DNA from: Carcharhinus longimanus
Taxonomy: Eukaryota
Direction: 5' to 3'
Assembly (NCBI GenBank): GCA_030264375.1
Contig: JASCQW010000190.1
Coordinates: 57,068,897-57,132,896 of the forward strand
Length of the DNA stretch: 64,000 nucleotides
Position numbers and translations under genes: made by a program. Of this stretch, positions 62,695-64,000 are shown one piece after another; within the stretch, counting starts at the first letter, position 1; every line of letters starts with the position of its first letter. The notes beneath the pieces were generated by a model that worked only from the letters and a program-made list of their open reading frames with translations, made no database searches and was not told where the DNA came from.

Positions 62695-63240
62695 CCATGA
62701 ACATAGGAGCAGAAGTTAGCCATTCAGCCTCTCACACTTTGCTTTTAGTTGGACCATGGTTGATCACCTACATCAATGCCATTTTCCCACTCCATCCCCA
62801 TTTCCCTTGATGTCATTAGGACCTAGAAATCTATCAATTTCTGTTTTGAACATATTCCATGACTTAACTTCCACAACCCTCTGGAGTAGGGAATTCCAAA
62901 GATTCACCACACTGATTGAAAATAAATCCTCATCATCTCAGTCCTAAATGACAGGTCCCTTATCTGGAGTCTATCTCCCCTGGTTCTAGAGAACTCCCTT
63001 CCCACAGTCAGAACAAAGATCTTTTCTGCATCTACCCTGGCAACCCCCTTAAAACTACAATTGAAGCAAAGCATCTTTACTCCTGTACTCAAATCCTCTT
63101 GCAACAAAGGCCAATAGGCTAATAGCTTGTTGTATCTGCATGTTAGCTTTCAGTGACTTATGAACAAGGACACCTAGGTCCCTTTGGTCGTCAACACTGC
63201 CTAATCTCTCATTATTTAAGAAATATTCTGCATCTGAACA
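62695..63240 (-). mobile_element. CR1 3' end
   Basis: catgaacataggagcagaagttagccattcagcc tail; SRTRGDRLQIR. Confidence 0.75.
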
Positions 63241-63259
63241 ATATTGTATCTATCACCAA

Positions 63260-63520
63260 TTTTTTTATTCATTCATAGAGTATAGCTTTGCTGGCAAGGC
63301 TGGCATTTATTGTCCATCCCTAGTTGCCCTGAGAAGGTGAAGACTGGCTATCATCTTGAGGTTCGATGGGCAAGTTGTTTAATTCCAATCATTTCAGCAG
63401 GCACTGGGATTGGGGTCATACGTAGGCCCATGCCAAGTTAGGACTGCAGATTCCCTTCCCTGAAGGACATACTCCCTTTTGGATCCTTCCAACGCAAAAT
63501 AGTTTTATGGTCACTTTTTG
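63260..63520 (-). mobile_element. Family-T SINE fragment
   Basis: Tail gctggcatttattgtccatccctagttgccctgagaagg joined to body gattcccttccctgaaggacat. Confidence 0.6.
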
Positions 63521-64000
63521 CTTTGCATGAAGCATGATGAATTGGTTGAGGCATTGGAGGTAGATGACGGCGAGAGACCTGTGGCTCAGGCAGCATCAGC
63601 AGTTTTTAGAGGAGGAATGATTGAAACCCAGGTGTGGTTATATCAAAGCATTCAAGTGATGGAAGCTGCAAAGACACAACTCTGGTGGCTTGGCAGTGTG
63701 TGAGTCATTGCAACCTGTACTTTGTTTAATGCACTGAGGGCACCATTTCATTCCATTTTGTTGTGTAACCAGATCTGTGTTGAACATTTACCTGAAGTAA
63801 TTATTACAGATTATTGCAGTGATCTACAGTAGTACCATTGTAGTGACCTACAGCTTATTACCAGGAAATGTAACTTCCACATAACGAGGATGAGTTTGAA
63901 CGATGTAATCGAACTCCTTGGTTCAGACATCACACACAAACTGCTCAGGCTTCATTCTCCCGAGCTTTGACGTTGTTGAAGTGCTTCCAGTAAGGTCACT

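Overview
Eukaryotic, repeat-dense intronic DNA from a shark (HE1/V-SINE, Deu-domain SINE, CR1, L2, Rex1, RTE, Penelope and Gypsy relics; the repeats suggest a carcharhiniform shark). It is a draft scaffold with five 100-N gaps. The host gene appears to be VAC14 on the + strand, with one 133-nt coding exon at 25220-25352, so the window is essentially its two flanking introns. Unexpectedly, three consecutive intact POLQ helicase-domain exons lie on the - strand (42251-42410, 41064-41210, 39853-40065) inside the downstream VAC14 intron, and I could find no other POLQ exons. Other notable structure: Penelope-derived minimal hammerhead ribozyme motifs, with hairpin elements folded at or next to the ribozyme; an apparently ORF1-less LINE with a tRNA-derived head plus short derivatives sharing both of its ends; a pre-tRNA-Ser/HE1 chimeric retrocopy; two local inverted duplications about 1.1 kb from their donors; and a palindromic double-octamer site. 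Repeat boundaries are by eye (roughly +/-20 bp) and family names come from recall, not database searches.
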